Source: Treponema sp. (GTDB lineage Bacteria > Spirochaetota > Spirochaetia > Treponematales > Treponemataceae). Taken from it: 64,000 nt of DNA. The stretch covers positions 18,943 through 82,942 of the forward strand of contig JAFYWB010000055.1 of NCBI GenBank assembly GCA_017549025.1, read 5' to 3'. The notes under the pieces were generated by a model. It ran no database searches and was not told the DNA's origin. It saw only the letters and a program-made list of their open reading frames with translations. The position numbers and the translations under genes were made by a program. Shown here in pieces: positions 1 to 10,351 of the stretch (positions are counted from its first letter, which is position 1; each line of letters begins with the position of its first letter).

Positions 1-863
1 TCCAGCAACACTGCAATATGCTGGTTAATTTCATCCTTGGACATGAGCACCACGGTATACCAGTTGTTCATGGAAAGAGGATTAAAGCACAGCATATATT
101 CCTTGCCAGAAATAGTGGCTTCTGTTTGCAAGGGCAGATTTTTTGCCAGCTGGTTGCGAATAGCAGTAGGACTTCTGTCATCACCAGAATCCTTCAATTC
201 ATCAAAAATTGTAGAATAATTCCAGGCTTCAGGATGCTTGTGATCCCGAAGGATAAAGGATCCCGTATTATCCACCACAAATACAAGATAGCTCCCCATT
301 TCAAAGCGAGAATCCTCGTAACCCTGGAACTCGTTCAAGGCAACAGCACCGTGCACAATTCCCACCACCTGATCTTCTCGGTTTACAATAGGAACTGCCA
401 CCACAAAGATTTGCTTAGAGCTTACCAATGAATCCTGAGCATTAGTAACGACGGACTTTCCTGCCAGCAAGTCCTTCCAGTAGGGGCGCACCGTAATGTC
501 TATGATAAATTCATTTGTTCCGTCAGTGGACCACACCTTACCGTCAAGGGAGGAAAGACCGATATGAAGGAATTCCTGACGACCGACAATGGCATTCAGT
601 CGCTCACGGACAGTTTCCCACTTTTCTTCCTTCAATAAGATAAGGTCGGAAAGGCTGTAGAGAGAGCTGAGATAGCCCTCCAGCTTTACGTCCATATAGC
701 TACTGGTGAATTGGGAAAGGTCGAACAGGCTTTCCTCTTGAATTGCAGCTTCCTTGGACTGAAGCTCGTGATAAAAATTAATAATAGAAAACAAAATAAA
801 GGCACAGGCCAAAATAAAGAAGGCAAAAACTACCCCGAACATTCTTTTTTTGATAAATTTCAC
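1..863 (-). CDS. Membrane-anchored sensor protein, N-terminal part with Cache-like extracytoplasmic domain (3' end of the gene is outside the window)
   Basis: Absent from the ORF track because the stop is off-window. My reverse-strand translation from GTG 863 (GAGGA 8 nt upstream; alternative ATG 842) reads VKFIKKRMFGVVFAFFILACAFILFSIINF (TM helix), then ...DGKVWSTDGTNEFIIDITVRPYWKDLLAGKSVVTNAQDSLVSSKQIFVVAVPIVNREDQVVGIVHGAV..., and stays open to position 1. The pattern resembles dCache_1 sensor domains. Confidence 0.6.
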   Translation of the reverse strand, partial: MKFIKKRMFGVVFAFFILACAFILFSIINFYHELQSKEAAIQEESLFDLSQFTSSYMDVKLEGYLSSLYSLSDLILLKEEKWETVRERLNAIVGRQEFLHIGLSSLDGKVWSTDGTNEFIIDITVRPYWKDLLAGKSVVTNAQDSLVSSKQIFVVAVPIVNREDQVVGIVHGAVALNEFQGYEDSRFEMGSYLVFVVDNTGSFILRDHKHPEAWNYSTIFDELKDSGDDRSPTAIRNQLAKNLPLQTEATISGKEYMLCFNPLSMNNWYTVVLMSKDEINQHIAVLL

Positions 864-955
864 GATACCATTCCTCGTCTATATTTTCGCCACATACCCT
901 TACAACAAAAAAGGAGGTGGCAAAAAATTGCCACGTCCTTTTCATACAACCTACA

Positions 956-2425
956 CTAGAAATCCGCCAGCTTGGGAGCTCGGGGGAAGGGAATAACGTC
1001 ACGGATGTTACCCATGCCGGTAACATACAGCAACAGACGCTCGAATCCCAGTCCAAATCCTGAGTGGGGAACAGTTCCGAACTTGCGCAAGTCCAAGTAC
1101 CACCAATAGTCCTCTGGATTCAGTCCCAAGTCCTTGATGCGGCCCAACAGGGTGTCGTAGTCGGCCTCACGCTGAGATCCACCAATAATCTCGCCCAAGC
1201 CAGGCACCAGCACGTCCATAGCACGAACAGTTTTGCCGTCCTCGTTAAGCTTCATGTAGAAGGCCTTAATCTCCTTGGGATAGTCCGTTACGATAACAGG
1301 CTTCTTGTACACTACCTCGGTAAGGTATTTTTCGTGCTCGCTCTGAAGGTCGCAGCCCCAGTAGGGCTTAAACTGGAACTTGTCGGCATTCTTTTCCAGC
1401 TCGGCAACGGCGTCGGTATAGGTTACACGAGCAAAGTCGGAGTTTACCACGTGGGTCAGAGTTTCAATAAGGCCCTTTTGAATACGCTGGTCAAAGAACT
1501 CCATGTCGGAGCGACACTTGGTTAAGGCCCAGTTCAGCAGGTACTTTACGAATTCCTCTGCCAAATCCATGTTGTCGGCCAAGTCGTAGAAGGCCATTTC
1601 TGGCTCAATCATCCAGAACTCAGCCAAGTGACGAGTGGTATTGGAATTCTCTGCTCGGAAGGTGGGGCCAAAGGTGTAGATGCGAGACAGGGCGGTGGCG
1701 TAAATCTCACCTTCCAGCTGGCCAGATACGGTGAGACTAGCCTTCTTACCGAAGAAGTCCTTGGTATAGTCCACCAGGGCAGCAGCCTTTTCTACGGCCA
1801 TTCCCTTGGCACCAGCTGCAACAGCCTTTTCTGCCAAATTCTCCAAAGGCAGGGTGGTTACCTGGAACATTTCTCCAGCACCCTCGGCGTCACTAGCAGT
1901 GATAATGGGAGTGTGAACATACTGAAAGCCCCGCTCTTGGAAGAAGGTGTGAATGGCAAAGGCCATCTGGCTTCTCATACGAGCCACGGCACCAAAGGTA
2001 TTTGTTCTGGCCCGAAGGTGGGCATTTTCCCGAAGGAATTCCATGGAGTGATTTTTCTTCTGCAAGGGATAGCTGTCTACAGGAGCCTGACCTAAAACCT
2101 CCACCTGCTCCAGCTGTAGCTCCACAGCCTGACCAGAGGCGGGAGAGGGAACAAGCTTTCCTGTGGCTCGAAGGCTGGCACCAGTGGTAAGGGACTTGAG
2201 ACTGGCCTCCAACTGATTGAGGGCATCCTGTGGATTAGCCCCTTGTGTGAAATTGGGATTTTCCCTATCAAAGGTTAGCTGAAGGGAAGCAAAGCAGGAA
2301 CCATCATTTACCTGCAAAAAAACAAGATTCTTGGACTCACGCTTGGTGCGTACCCAACCGCTGACGACAATGGTTCTTCCGTCAGCCTCAGAAACAAGGA
2401 TATCCTTAATCAGTTCAGTTTTCAT
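956..2425 (-). CDS. asnS: Asparagine--tRNA ligase (class IIb aaRS)
   Basis: 489-aa ORF. N-terminal OB-fold ([23 protein letters not shown]). Class II motifs [24 protein letters not shown] and [17 protein letters not shown]. Confidence 0.95.
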   Translation of the reverse strand: MKTELIKDILVSEADGRTIVVSGWVRTKRESKNLVFLQVNDGSCFASLQLTFDRENPNFTQGANPQDALNQLEASLKSLTTGASLRATGKLVPSPASGQAVELQLEQVEVLGQAPVDSYPLQKKNHSMEFLRENAHLRARTNTFGAVARMRSQMAFAIHTFFQERGFQYVHTPIITASDAEGAGEMFQVTTLPLENLAEKAVAAGAKGMAVEKAAALVDYTKDFFGKKASLTVSGQLEGEIYATALSRIYTFGPTFRAENSNTTRHLAEFWMIEPEMAFYDLADNMDLAEEFVKYLLNWALTKCRSDMEFFDQRIQKGLIETLTHVVNSDFARVTYTDAVAELEKNADKFQFKPYWGCDLQSEHEKYLTEVVYKKPVIVTDYPKEIKAFYMKLNEDGKTVRAMDVLVPGLGEIIGGSQREADYDTLLGRIKDLGLNPEDYWWYLDLRKFGTVPHSGFGLGFERLLLYVTGMGNIRDVIPFPRAPKLADF

Positions 2426-2508
2426 AACAGTTCATCATACCACGTTACAAGGATATGGTCAAAGGGAGGGCTAAGAAGAAAGGATGGAGAAGAAGAAATA
2501 CCACCCAC

Positions 2509-2552
2509 AAAAAAAGCCTGAAAACCGATTCAAGAAAATCAGCTTTCAGGCT
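2509..2552 (-). terminator. Rho-independent terminator downstream of the 1507-aa gene
   Basis: 9-bp stem AGCCTGAAA (2515-2523) / TTTCAGGCT (2544-2552), followed on the minus strand by a T-run (plus-strand A-run 2509-2515). Lies 14 nt past the stop at 2566. Confidence 0.6.
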
Positions 2553-2565
2553 TGTAATTTATTTA

Positions 2566-5500
2566 TTATGCTTCGGCACTTTCGTCGGGGTGGCGGCCAA
2601 CGGGAGCGTTAGACAGCATGAGCTTCAGGCGGTTCAGCTGGTTTACCTCGCTGGCACCTGGGTCATAGTCAATGGCGGAGATATTTGATTCAGGGAAGCG
2701 GTGACGCAATTCCTTGATCATGCCTTTTCCAGTAACGTGGTTGGGCAAGCAGGCAAAGGGCTGCACACAGGCAATGCTGGGCACGCCAGCGTGAATCAGC
2801 TCCACCATTTCCGCAGTAAGGAACCAGCCCTCACCAGTAATATTTCCCAGCTGCACGATATCGTCCACACCCTTCATCAGGTCGTAGATGGAGGCAGGTG
2901 GGTCAAATCGCTTGCTCTTGCCCAGCACCTTCTTGATGCGGCGACGATACAGCTCCAAGAACCAAATCAGGCGACGGGCATTACGCTCGGTCTTCTTTGG
3001 GAAGGCCAATTCCTCGTGACGGAAAATTCCTGTGGAGAAGGTGTAGAACAAAAAGTCTGCCAAGTCGGGCATAACGCACTCTGCCCCTTCTCGCTCGATA
3101 ACACGGCAAATGTCGTTGTTGGCGGTGGGATGGAACTTTACCAAAATCTCACCAACTACACCAACACGAGGCTTTTTCACATTCAGCAGGGGCAGTGCAT
3201 CGAATTCGTCTACAATGCCTTGAATCAGCTTGTGGTATTTTCGTACCGACAATGATTTAAGCTGCACCTCTGCCCGACCGCTCCACTTTTCATAGAGGGC
3301 ATCTGCGGAACCAGAAGTGGCCTCGTAGGGTCGAGTTCGGTACAGTACCCGCATCAGCACGTCACCAGTCATCAAGGCCATCATGGCACGGTGCAGCAGG
3401 GCGGGAGTAATCTTAAATCCAGGCTGAGATTCCAGTCCAGAAGCGTTTAATGAAAGCACTGGCACCTGTTCCAGTCCAGCGTCCACCAAAGCACGGCGGA
3501 TAAAGCCGATGTAGTTGGTGGCTCGACATCCACCACCCGTCTGGGTAATCAGCAGGCTCACGTGGTCCAGGTCGTACTTTCCAGACTTAAGGGCAGCAAT
3601 CATCTGGCCAGCCACCAAGATGGAAGGATAGCAGGCATCGTTATTGACATACTGCAAGCCTGTTTCCACCGCCATGGTATCTACCTCTGGCAAGATGACA
3701 AAATTGTAGCCGGAATACTCAAAGGCCTTTTGAACCAAGCGGAAGTGAATGGGAGACATCTGGGGAGCGATGATGGTGTGAGTTTTCTTCATCTCCTTGG
3801 TGAAAATCTGTCGCTTGTAGGCTGCAGAAATAGACACAGGCTTTTTCTGCTGGCGGCGTTCCCGCTCCCGAACAGCTGCAATCAAGCTGCGGATACGGAT
3901 TCGCACGGCACCAAGGTTGGAGCCTTCGTCAATCTTAATGAGGGTGTACATTCTGCCGTGGGCTTGGAGGATTTCGTCCACCTGATCTGAGGTAACGGCA
4001 TCAAGACCACAGCCAAAGCTGGTAAGCTGCACCAATTCCAAGCTGGGGAAGCCTGCCACAAAGGAGGCTGCACGATACAGGCGATTGTGGTAGGTCCACT
4101 GGTCCACAATCCGCAGGGGTCGCTCCACGCTTCCCAGGTGGGCAACGGAGTCCTCGGTAAAGACGGCTAGTCCAAGGCCAGACACCATTTCAGGAATACC
4201 GTGGTTGATTTCTGGGTCCAGATGATAAGGACGACCAGACAGTACGATTCCTCGTCCACCCATAATAATCATCTGGGTTAGGGCTTCTTCTCCTGCCAGT
4301 TGGGTGTCACGACGGAATTTCTCCATTTCCTTCCAAGCAGCATCAACAGCCTTTGTGATTTCTTCCTGAGGAATATCGAATTTTTCCTTCAATTCCTCGT
4401 GGAGACGCACGGCTAACCTGTCCTTGTCGTAAATGGGCAGGAAGGGATTCATAAAGGTAATGGAAGGATCACGGCGAAGCACCTCCACGTTGTTGCGAAG
4501 CACCTCAGGATAGCTGGTAACGATGGGACAGTTGTAGTGGTTTCCTGCTCCCTCGTCTTCCTTAATTTCATAAGGAGCACAGGGATAGAAGATAAACTTA
4601 ACTCCCTGCTTCAGCAAGGCTTCCACATGGCCGTGGGCAATCTTTCCCGGATAACACACGGACTCAGAAGGAATGGTTTCCAGTCCCATTTCGTAAACAG
4701 AGCGACTGGAACGGGGAGAAAGGCGAACACGGAAGCCCAGCTCAGTGAAGATGGTAAACCACAGAGGATAATTTTCGTACAGGTTCAAGACACGGGGAAG
4801 CCCCACATCTCCACGGGGAGCATTTTCTGGGCTCAGGGGCTTGTAATAGGAGAAAAGCCGCTTGTATTTCCACTCAAAAAGGTTAGGAAGCTTCTTTTCT
4901 CCATGGTCTGCGCCAGTGGAGGTGTTGTGCTTGTTGCTGGCATCCACAATCTTCAGCTCATCACCTAACTCGGCACCACGCTCGCAGCGGTTTCCCGTGA
5001 GGAAGCGACTTGCTTTGCGGGTGTCTCCTGCTCCAGCGGTAAAGGTGTTGATGGTCATGAGACAGTTGTTGTTACACTTACCGCAGCGACGAAGCTCCAA
5101 GTCTACGTTAAAAGAATCGAGCTGCTCTGGAGTGGCAATGTTGGAGCGAATGGTGGGAGGCACAAAGGTAGCCTCATCTACTCCCACAGGAGGACGAATC
5201 ATATCCTTCCACTGGTCCAGGGCAATGAGGGCGGCACCATAGGCACCCATCAAGCCAGCCACATCGGGACGGAATACGTTTACGCCAGAAATCTTTTCAA
5301 AGGCCCGTAGAACAGCGTCATTGTTAAAGGTTCCACCCTGCACTACAACCTTTGTTCCGATTTCGGAGGCACGACGCAGCTTAATAACCTTGAACAGAGC
5401 ATTTTTGATAACAGAATAGGAAAGACCTGCAGAAATATCTGCAACGGTGGCACCTTCTTTTTGAGCCTGCTTTACACGACTGTTCATGAACACGGTACAG

Positions 5501-7089
5501 CGGCTTCCCAAGTCCACGGGGCGTTCTGCCAACAGGGCCTTACGGCTAAATTCCCGCACGTCCATGCCCAAAGAGCGGGCAAAGTTGTCCAAGAAGCTTC
5601 CGCAGCCAGAAGAACAGGCTTCGTTCAGCTGGATTGAGGTGATGGCTCCATCCTTCATTCTCAGGCACTTCATGTCCTGGCCACCAATGTCCAAAAGGAA
5701 TTCAACCCCAGGCACAAAGAAGTCGGCAGCTCGATAGTGGGTAATGGTTTCTACCTCACCAGAGTCAACACCTAAGGCAGCTTGAAAAAGGGCCTCACCG
5801 TAACCAGTGGAAACAGAGCGGGCAATGTAGGCATCCTTGGGAATCTGGGTATACAAATCTTTCAGCACCCGCACAGCCAAATCCACAGGATTTCCAGCGT
5901 TTACATCGTAGAAACGCCACAAAATACGGCCAGCGGCATCAATAAGCACCGCCTTTGTGGTGGTGGAGCCTGCATCCAATCCTAGGAACACAGGGCCTGA
6001 GGCAGTCTCTAAGTTGGCGGAGGCAGCCATTTCCTCTGCATGGCGACGGTGAAATTCTTCAAGCTCGTGCTCGTTTCGGAACAGAGGCTCCAAACGCTGC
6101 ACCTCGCTCATTTCTGCGTCCACCAGATTTTTCAGGCTTTCACGGAATTCTCCCAGCAAGGGGAAGGGCTGCTGCTTGTCTGCAGACTGAACACAGCTTA
6201 AGCTTCGTTCAGCAGAAAAGGCTGCACCAGCGGCAACAAAAAGCTGGGAATCAGGAGGAGTTACGATTTCCTTTTCCGTAAGCTCCAAGGTGGTAATAAA
6301 GCGATGGCGCAGCTGGTCCAAAAAGTGGAGGGGGCCGCCCAAAAAGGCTACATTTCCACGAATGGGCTTTCCACAGGCCAAGCCGGAAATGGTCTGGCTT
6401 ACCACAGCCTGAAAGATACTGGCGGCAATGTCCTCACGGCGAGCACCTTCATTAATGAGGGGCTGCACGTCAGTTTTGGCAAATACACCACAGCGGGCGG
6501 CGATAGGATAGATGGTGGAAGCCCCCTTGGCCATTTCGTTTAGGCCAGGAGCATCGGTTTCCAGCAGGGCAGCCATCTGGTCAATGAAGGCACCAGTTCC
6601 ACCAGCACAGGAGCCGTTCATGCGCTGCTCCACGCCGCCAGAAAAATAGGTAATCTTTGCATCCTCACCACCCAGCTCGATTACAACGTCGGTGTGGGGA
6701 ATGAGCTTTTGTACCGCAGTGGTGGAAGCTACAACCTCTTGGATAAAGGGGATGTTGAGCCACTGGGACACGGCAAAGCCACCGGAACCAGTTACCTTAA
6801 CACTTAAGGGCTGACGAGCACCTGCAGGAAGCTCCTTTTCCAGCTTGTCCAAGGCTCGCTTTACCACATCCATAATGGTACCACGAATATCTGCCAGGTG
6901 ACGCTTGTATTCGCTGTAGCAAATATTATCATTTTCGTCCAAAGCCACGAACTTTACCGTGGTGGACCCTACGTCGATTCCAACTCGCAATGGTGGAACT
7001 GAAGGCTTGAAGGCAGTTGGCTTGAAGCTTGCAGACTCCAAACCAAAGTTTTTTGCAGAGGTTGTATTGGCAGCAGAGTGCAAATCCAT
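2566..7089 (-). CDS. Giant acyl-CoA dehydratase activase-related fusion protein (two BcrAD/BadFG-type ATPase modules plus dehydratase-like/DUF2229-like C-terminal modules)
   Basis: 1507-aa ORF. Two acetate/sugar-kinase-fold ATPase starts ([14 protein letters not shown] and [14 protein letters not shown]). Cys cluster [13 protein letters not shown]. Long C-terminal region like the activase-associated domains in clostridial/spirochete proteins. AAGGGA RBS upstream of the ATG. Confidence 0.85.
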   Translation of the reverse strand: MDLHSAANTTSAKNFGLESASFKPTAFKPSVPPLRVGIDVGSTTVKFVALDENDNICYSEYKRHLADIRGTIMDVVKRALDKLEKELPAGARQPLSVKVTGSGGFAVSQWLNIPFIQEVVASTTAVQKLIPHTDVVIELGGEDAKITYFSGGVEQRMNGSCAGGTGAFIDQMAALLETDAPGLNEMAKGASTIYPIAARCGVFAKTDVQPLINEGARREDIAASIFQAVVSQTISGLACGKPIRGNVAFLGGPLHFLDQLRHRFITTLELTEKEIVTPPDSQLFVAAGAAFSAERSLSCVQSADKQQPFPLLGEFRESLKNLVDAEMSEVQRLEPLFRNEHELEEFHRRHAEEMAASANLETASGPVFLGLDAGSTTTKAVLIDAAGRILWRFYDVNAGNPVDLAVRVLKDLYTQIPKDAYIARSVSTGYGEALFQAALGVDSGEVETITHYRAADFFVPGVEFLLDIGGQDMKCLRMKDGAITSIQLNEACSSGCGSFLDNFARSLGMDVREFSRKALLAERPVDLGSRCTVFMNSRVKQAQKEGATVADISAGLSYSVIKNALFKVIKLRRASEIGTKVVVQGGTFNNDAVLRAFEKISGVNVFRPDVAGLMGAYGAALIALDQWKDMIRPPVGVDEATFVPPTIRSNIATPEQLDSFNVDLELRRCGKCNNNCLMTINTFTAGAGDTRKASRFLTGNRCERGAELGDELKIVDASNKHNTSTGADHGEKKLPNLFEWKYKRLFSYYKPLSPENAPRGDVGLPRVLNLYENYPLWFTIFTELGFRVRLSPRSSRSVYEMGLETIPSESVCYPGKIAHGHVEALLKQGVKFIFYPCAPYEIKEDEGAGNHYNCPIVTSYPEVLRNNVEVLRRDPSITFMNPFLPIYDKDRLAVRLHEELKEKFDIPQEEITKAVDAAWKEMEKFRRDTQLAGEEALTQMIIMGGRGIVLSGRPYHLDPEINHGIPEMVSGLGLAVFTEDSVAHLGSVERPLRIVDQWTYHNRLYRAASFVAGFPSLELVQLTSFGCGLDAVTSDQVDEILQAHGRMYTLIKIDEGSNLGAVRIRIRSLIAAVRERERRQQKKPVSISAAYKRQIFTKEMKKTHTIIAPQMSPIHFRLVQKAFEYSGYNFVILPEVDTMAVETGLQYVNNDACYPSILVAGQMIAALKSGKYDLDHVSLLITQTGGGCRATNYIGFIRRALVDAGLEQVPVLSLNASGLESQPGFKITPALLHRAMMALMTGDVLMRVLYRTRPYEATSGSADALYEKWSGRAEVQLKSLSVRKYHKLIQGIVDEFDALPLLNVKKPRVGVVGEILVKFHPTANNDICRVIEREGAECVMPDLADFLFYTFSTGIFRHEELAFPKKTERNARRLIWFLELYRRRIKKVLGKSKRFDPPASIYDLMKGVDDIVQLGNITGEGWFLTAEMVELIHAGVPSIACVQPFACLPNHVTGKGMIKELRHRFPESNISAIDYDPGASEVNQLNRLKLMLSNAPVGRHPDESAEA

Positions 7090-7326
7090 AGAAAAATCCC
7101 TTTTTGTAGTTATCGTAAGGAATTCAGCAAATCATCTAACTCTATTCACTGCAGGTACATGCACTGAATCAAGCTAAAGGGTTCACCAAAGCCCCGGAGG
7201 TTCCCTTTTTAAAGATACAAACCCCCCATACTATAAAATACCTTCTAAAGTGTAATGAAAATGAAAAAAAGTTGCTATAAGCTAACACTACATTTATGTC
7301 GTATTTACCAATTTTTTACAAAAGAG

Positions 7327-7351
7327 CTGATAGATGGGGCTGGATAAAAAA
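7327..7351. repeat. Terminal fragment of the dispersed GGGGAAC-rich repeat family (right-end motif only)
   Basis: TAGATGGGGCTGGATAAAAAA (7331-7351) is identical to 31922-31942. It closely matches 51566-51586. Confidence 0.6.
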
Positions 7352-7355
7352 TTAT

Positions 7356-7440
7356 AAAAAAAATCCAGTTTTTCTGGAAAAAACGCATTTTTTTGCACGT
7401 TCAAACCTATAATCTATATGTAAGAAAAAAATCTTGGAGG
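7356..7440 (+). promoter_or_regulatory. Conserved promoter/5'UTR cassette upstream of Rpn-family gene (copy 1)
   Basis: About 85 bp, roughly 90% identical by eye to 52010-52093: AAAAAATCCAG-TTTTTCTGGAAAAAACGCATTTTTTTGCACGTTCAAACCTATAATCTATATGTAAGAAAAAAATCTTGGAGG. Contains TATAAT at 7408-7413 and a GGAGG RBS. Confidence 0.55.
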
Positions 7441-7445
7441 AAAAG

Positions 7446-8339
7446 ATGAACAGCAAACACCCCAACACCGAAAATCGTAAGCACAAGGACTCTCTCTTTG
7501 TGGATTACTTTTCCAAGGACAGGGACTGGAAACAACACTTTCTTTCTCTGTACAACGCCCTCCACGGTACTGATTTACAAGTTGAAACCACAAGATTGGA
7601 ACGGGTTAACTTGGAGCAAGTCTTGTACATGGACTACTACAACGACATTGCAGTTATGGTAAATGACCAGTTCATCATGATGATTGAACACCAGTCCACC
7701 ATCAATCCTAACATGCCACTACGACTGTTGGAATACGTGACTCGAATCTACGGCAACATGGTGGATTCAAAATCCAAGTTTTCAAACCAACTGATTCCTC
7801 TAGCTAAGCCAGAATTCATTGTGTTTTACACCGGCAAGGAAAATATCCCACCAGAATGCTATCTTTCCCTATCAGATGCATTTAAGCTGAACCACGTCCC
7901 AAACTCGGAACTCACACTTGAATTAGTGGTAAAAGTGTGTAAAATTAAAAGTACAAATCCAAGTCCAGTGGTACATAATTGTCCTGACTTGGAACAATAC
8001 GTACAGTTTCTCAAGCTCATAGACGAAGCGAAATCAGATGGGCAGTCACAGCCACTCACAAGAGCCATTCAAAAAGCTGTACGTCACAATGTGCTAAAAG
8101 ATTACTTGGAGAGAAAAGGAGGTGAAGTTTTGAGTATTTTGATGACTGAATATGACTATGCCACCGACATTGCAGTAAAACAAGAAGAAGCTTATGCTAT
8201 TGGCCTAGAACAAGGAGCCTACCAAAAAGCTTTGGAAACAGCAAGAATGTTTCTTTCCTACGGTGATTCTCCAGAGAAAGTCGCCATTTGCACAAACCTT
8301 CCGCTGGATCTGGTGATGGAGCTTAGGCAAAAAGCTTAA
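7446..8339 (+). CDS. Rpn-family recombination-promoting nuclease / putative transposase (YhgA-like PD-(D/E)XK)
   Basis: Motif MMIEHQSTINPNMPLRLLEY matches the hEHQS...M..Rll.Y core of this family. ATG 7446 follows GGAGGA; the track start 7434 is a TTG inside the RBS. The C-terminal tail GLEQGAYQKALETARMFLS...TNLPLDLV is shared with the paralog at 52087. Confidence 0.75.
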   Translation: MNSKHPNTENRKHKDSLFVDYFSKDRDWKQHFLSLYNALHGTDLQVETTRLERVNLEQVLYMDYYNDIAVMVNDQFIMMIEHQSTINPNMPLRLLEYVTRIYGNMVDSKSKFSNQLIPLAKPEFIVFYTGKENIPPECYLSLSDAFKLNHVPNSELTLELVVKVCKIKSTNPSPVVHNCPDLEQYVQFLKLIDEAKSDGQSQPLTRAIQKAVRHNVLKDYLERKGGEVLSILMTEYDYATDIAVKQEEAYAIGLEQGAYQKALETARMFLSYGDSPEKVAICTNLPLDLVMELRQKA

Positions 8340-8400
8340 GTCCGCCAGCTTTCCGCCTAATATGAATGTTGGGCAGATTAAGCTGGCTCAAGCATGGCAA

Positions 8401-9783
8401 TTACCGCAGCAACAGGTTTAAAAGCTTACCGTACAGGCCTCGGTTGTAGGGCTGGTAACGAACAGGCAGGTCTATCCAGGTCTTTTTGTCCACAATGCTC
8501 TTGGTGTGGCTAAAGGCCTCAAAACCAGCCTTACCGTGATAGCCACCCATGCCGCTTTCCCCCACACCACCAAAGGCCATTTCACTGGTAGCCAGATGAA
8601 TGATGGTATCGTTGATACAGCCTCCACCGTAGGAAATCCTGCTCGTTACAGCATCGATGGTAGACTTCTTCTCAGAGAAAATATACAGTGCTAGAGGTTT
8701 GGGCCAACTCTGAAGCTTGGTTATCATTTGGTCAAGATTGTCATAAGTCAAAATCGGCATAATGGGCCCAAAGATTTCCTCCTGCATTACAGGATCATCC
8801 CAGGTCACGTCCTCCATCACCGTAGGCTCAATCTGGCAGGTAGCCTCATTCCAAGCCCCTCCCACCACAAGCTTTTCCTTCTGAATGAGTCCACACACCC
8901 GCTGGAAATGCTTTTGATTGATAATCTTTCCATAATCAGGATTATTCAAGGGCTCCTGTCCATACTGAGCCTTGATTTCCTCTTTCACCGCAGCTACAAA
9001 CTTGTCCTTAACGCTGGCATGACACAGGATAAAATCTGGAGCAACACAGGTTTGACCACAATTCAGGTACTTACCAAAAACGATTCTCTTTGCTGCCAGC
9101 TTGATTTTTGCCGTCTCGTCCACAATGCAGGGGCTCTTTCCTCCTAGCTCCAATACAGCAGGCGTTAAATGCTCTGCGGCAGACTTCAGCACTTCCTTTC
9201 CCACAGCCTGACTTCCCGTAAAGAAAATCATATCGAATTTTTGCTGGAGCAAGGCAGCATTTTCCTGTCGCCCTCCAGTAACCACGGCAACGTATTCAGG
9301 AGAAAAGGTTTCTTCTATTATTTTTACTACAAGGGCACTGGTGGCAGGCGAATAGGCGCTAGGCTTTATAATCACCGTATTTCCTGCAGCAATGGCGTTG
9401 GCTAAAGGCTCTATAGTCAGCAAGAATGGATAATTCCAAGGGCTCATAATCAGCACATTACCGTAGGGCACAGGTTTTTTATAGCTACGAGAAGCAAACT
9501 GAGCCAAAGGTGTTTTCACCACCTTTTCCTTGGCAAACTTTTTCACATGGCTTATCATGTAGGAAATTTCAGTCAGGCTCAATCCCACCTCACACATGAA
9601 TCCCTCGTAGTCACTTTTTCCCAAGTCGGAAGTAAGGGCTGCCAAAATTGCATCCTTTTGCTCTTGAACCGCCTTATACAACTTTTTCAGCATAGCAATT
9701 CTAAATGACACTGGCAGGGTTACCCCACTGTTAAAATAATTTCTCTGGGCAGCCAACACACCAGCAATTTCACTTGGATTCAT
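8401..9783 (-). CDS. NAD(P)-dependent aldehyde dehydrogenase (class 3-like)
   Basis: About 460 aa with FTGSQAVGKEV, ELGGKSPCIV and catalytic-Cys region GQTCVAPDF. ATG 9783 lies 5 nt after GAAGGAG; the track start 9789 is a GTG inside the spacer. Confidence 0.9.
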   Translation of the reverse strand: MNPSEIAGVLAAQRNYFNSGVTLPVSFRIAMLKKLYKAVQEQKDAILAALTSDLGKSDYEGFMCEVGLSLTEISYMISHVKKFAKEKVVKTPLAQFASRSYKKPVPYGNVLIMSPWNYPFLLTIEPLANAIAAGNTVIIKPSAYSPATSALVVKIIEETFSPEYVAVVTGGRQENAALLQQKFDMIFFTGSQAVGKEVLKSAAEHLTPAVLELGGKSPCIVDETAKIKLAAKRIVFGKYLNCGQTCVAPDFILCHASVKDKFVAAVKEEIKAQYGQEPLNNPDYGKIINQKHFQRVCGLIQKEKLVVGGAWNEATCQIEPTVMEDVTWDDPVMQEEIFGPIMPILTYDNLDQMITKLQSWPKPLALYIFSEKKSTIDAVTSRISYGGGCINDTIIHLATSEMAFGGVGESGMGGYHGKAGFEAFSHTKSIVDKKTWIDLPVRYQPYNRGLYGKLLNLLLR

Positions 9784-9964
9784 GTACACTCCTTCTGCAA
9801 GCCAAGTCTCCCCTCATGCAACTCTGCAAAGGGGATTCTGTCCTAATGATACCACAGTTTACTGGAGATTTCAATTTATGGAGAGGGGAAGGAAAAAAGC
9901 TAGAAGTATTTTTCAATACCCCTCCCCCTATATTAAAACAGAAATATTAAATTTATCAATTTTC

Positions 9965-9993
9965 TTGTTTTAGAATAAAACCCGTGGTATAAT
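9965..9993 (+). promoter_or_regulatory. Sigma70-type promoter with extended -10 for the small Cys-rich gene
   Basis: TTGTTT (9965-9970), 17-nt spacer, TGgTATAAT (-10 at 9988-9993). Confidence 0.5.
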
Positions 9994-10029
9994 AAAAGGA
10001 GAATCAACTACAAACAGGGAGGCAATTTT

Positions 10030-10255
10030 ATGGCCATGTGTGAAAAACTTGCAAAATGTCCTTTTTATCAGGGAAAGATGACAATGGATTCAGGAATCGG
10101 TAGGCATGTACAAGAAAAAATATTGCGAAGGAGATAAAACCATCTGCGCTCGCTACACCGTTGCCACCACTTTGGGACCTGAATTTGTTCCAGAAAATCT
10201 TTATCCCAATATGTTCGACAGAGCAAAAGCAATTTTGGCAGAAAACGGAAAATAA
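10030..10255 (+). pseudogene. Small Cys-rich protein gene, apparently interrupted by a 1-nt frameshift (or a sequencing error)
   Basis: GGGAGG RBS 7 nt before ATG 10030. Frame 1 reads MAMCEKLAKCPFYQGKMTMDSGIGR then HVQEKILRRR* (stop 10135). The +1 frame, open from 10082, reads MYKKKYCEGDKTICARYTVATTLGPEFVPENLYPNMFDRAKAILAENGK* (10106-10255). Removing one nt near 10103-10105 gives a continuous 74-aa product. Confidence 0.45.
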
Positions 10256-10351
10256 ATGATTCCACAGAAAAGCCTGTTCAAGCAAATTGAAGTGTACCCG
10301 CAAAAGTCGTTTGCCCTTGAGGTACACTTCAGCTTACATAGTTTTTTTTGA

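Noticed and set aside
18-431. 137-aa plus-strand ORF at the window start
   Set aside because: It is antisense to the Cache-domain sensor gene. That gene's reverse-strand translation is continuous from 863 to position 1 and has a TM helix and a recognisable domain pattern.
7255-7344. 29-aa ORF (MKMKKSCYKLTLHLCRIYQFFTKELIDGAG) ending in the repeat terminal motif
   Set aside because: It has no RBS. The stop is created by the GGATAA of the repeat end, which is GGATAT in copy B, and the peptide is not conserved at the other loci.
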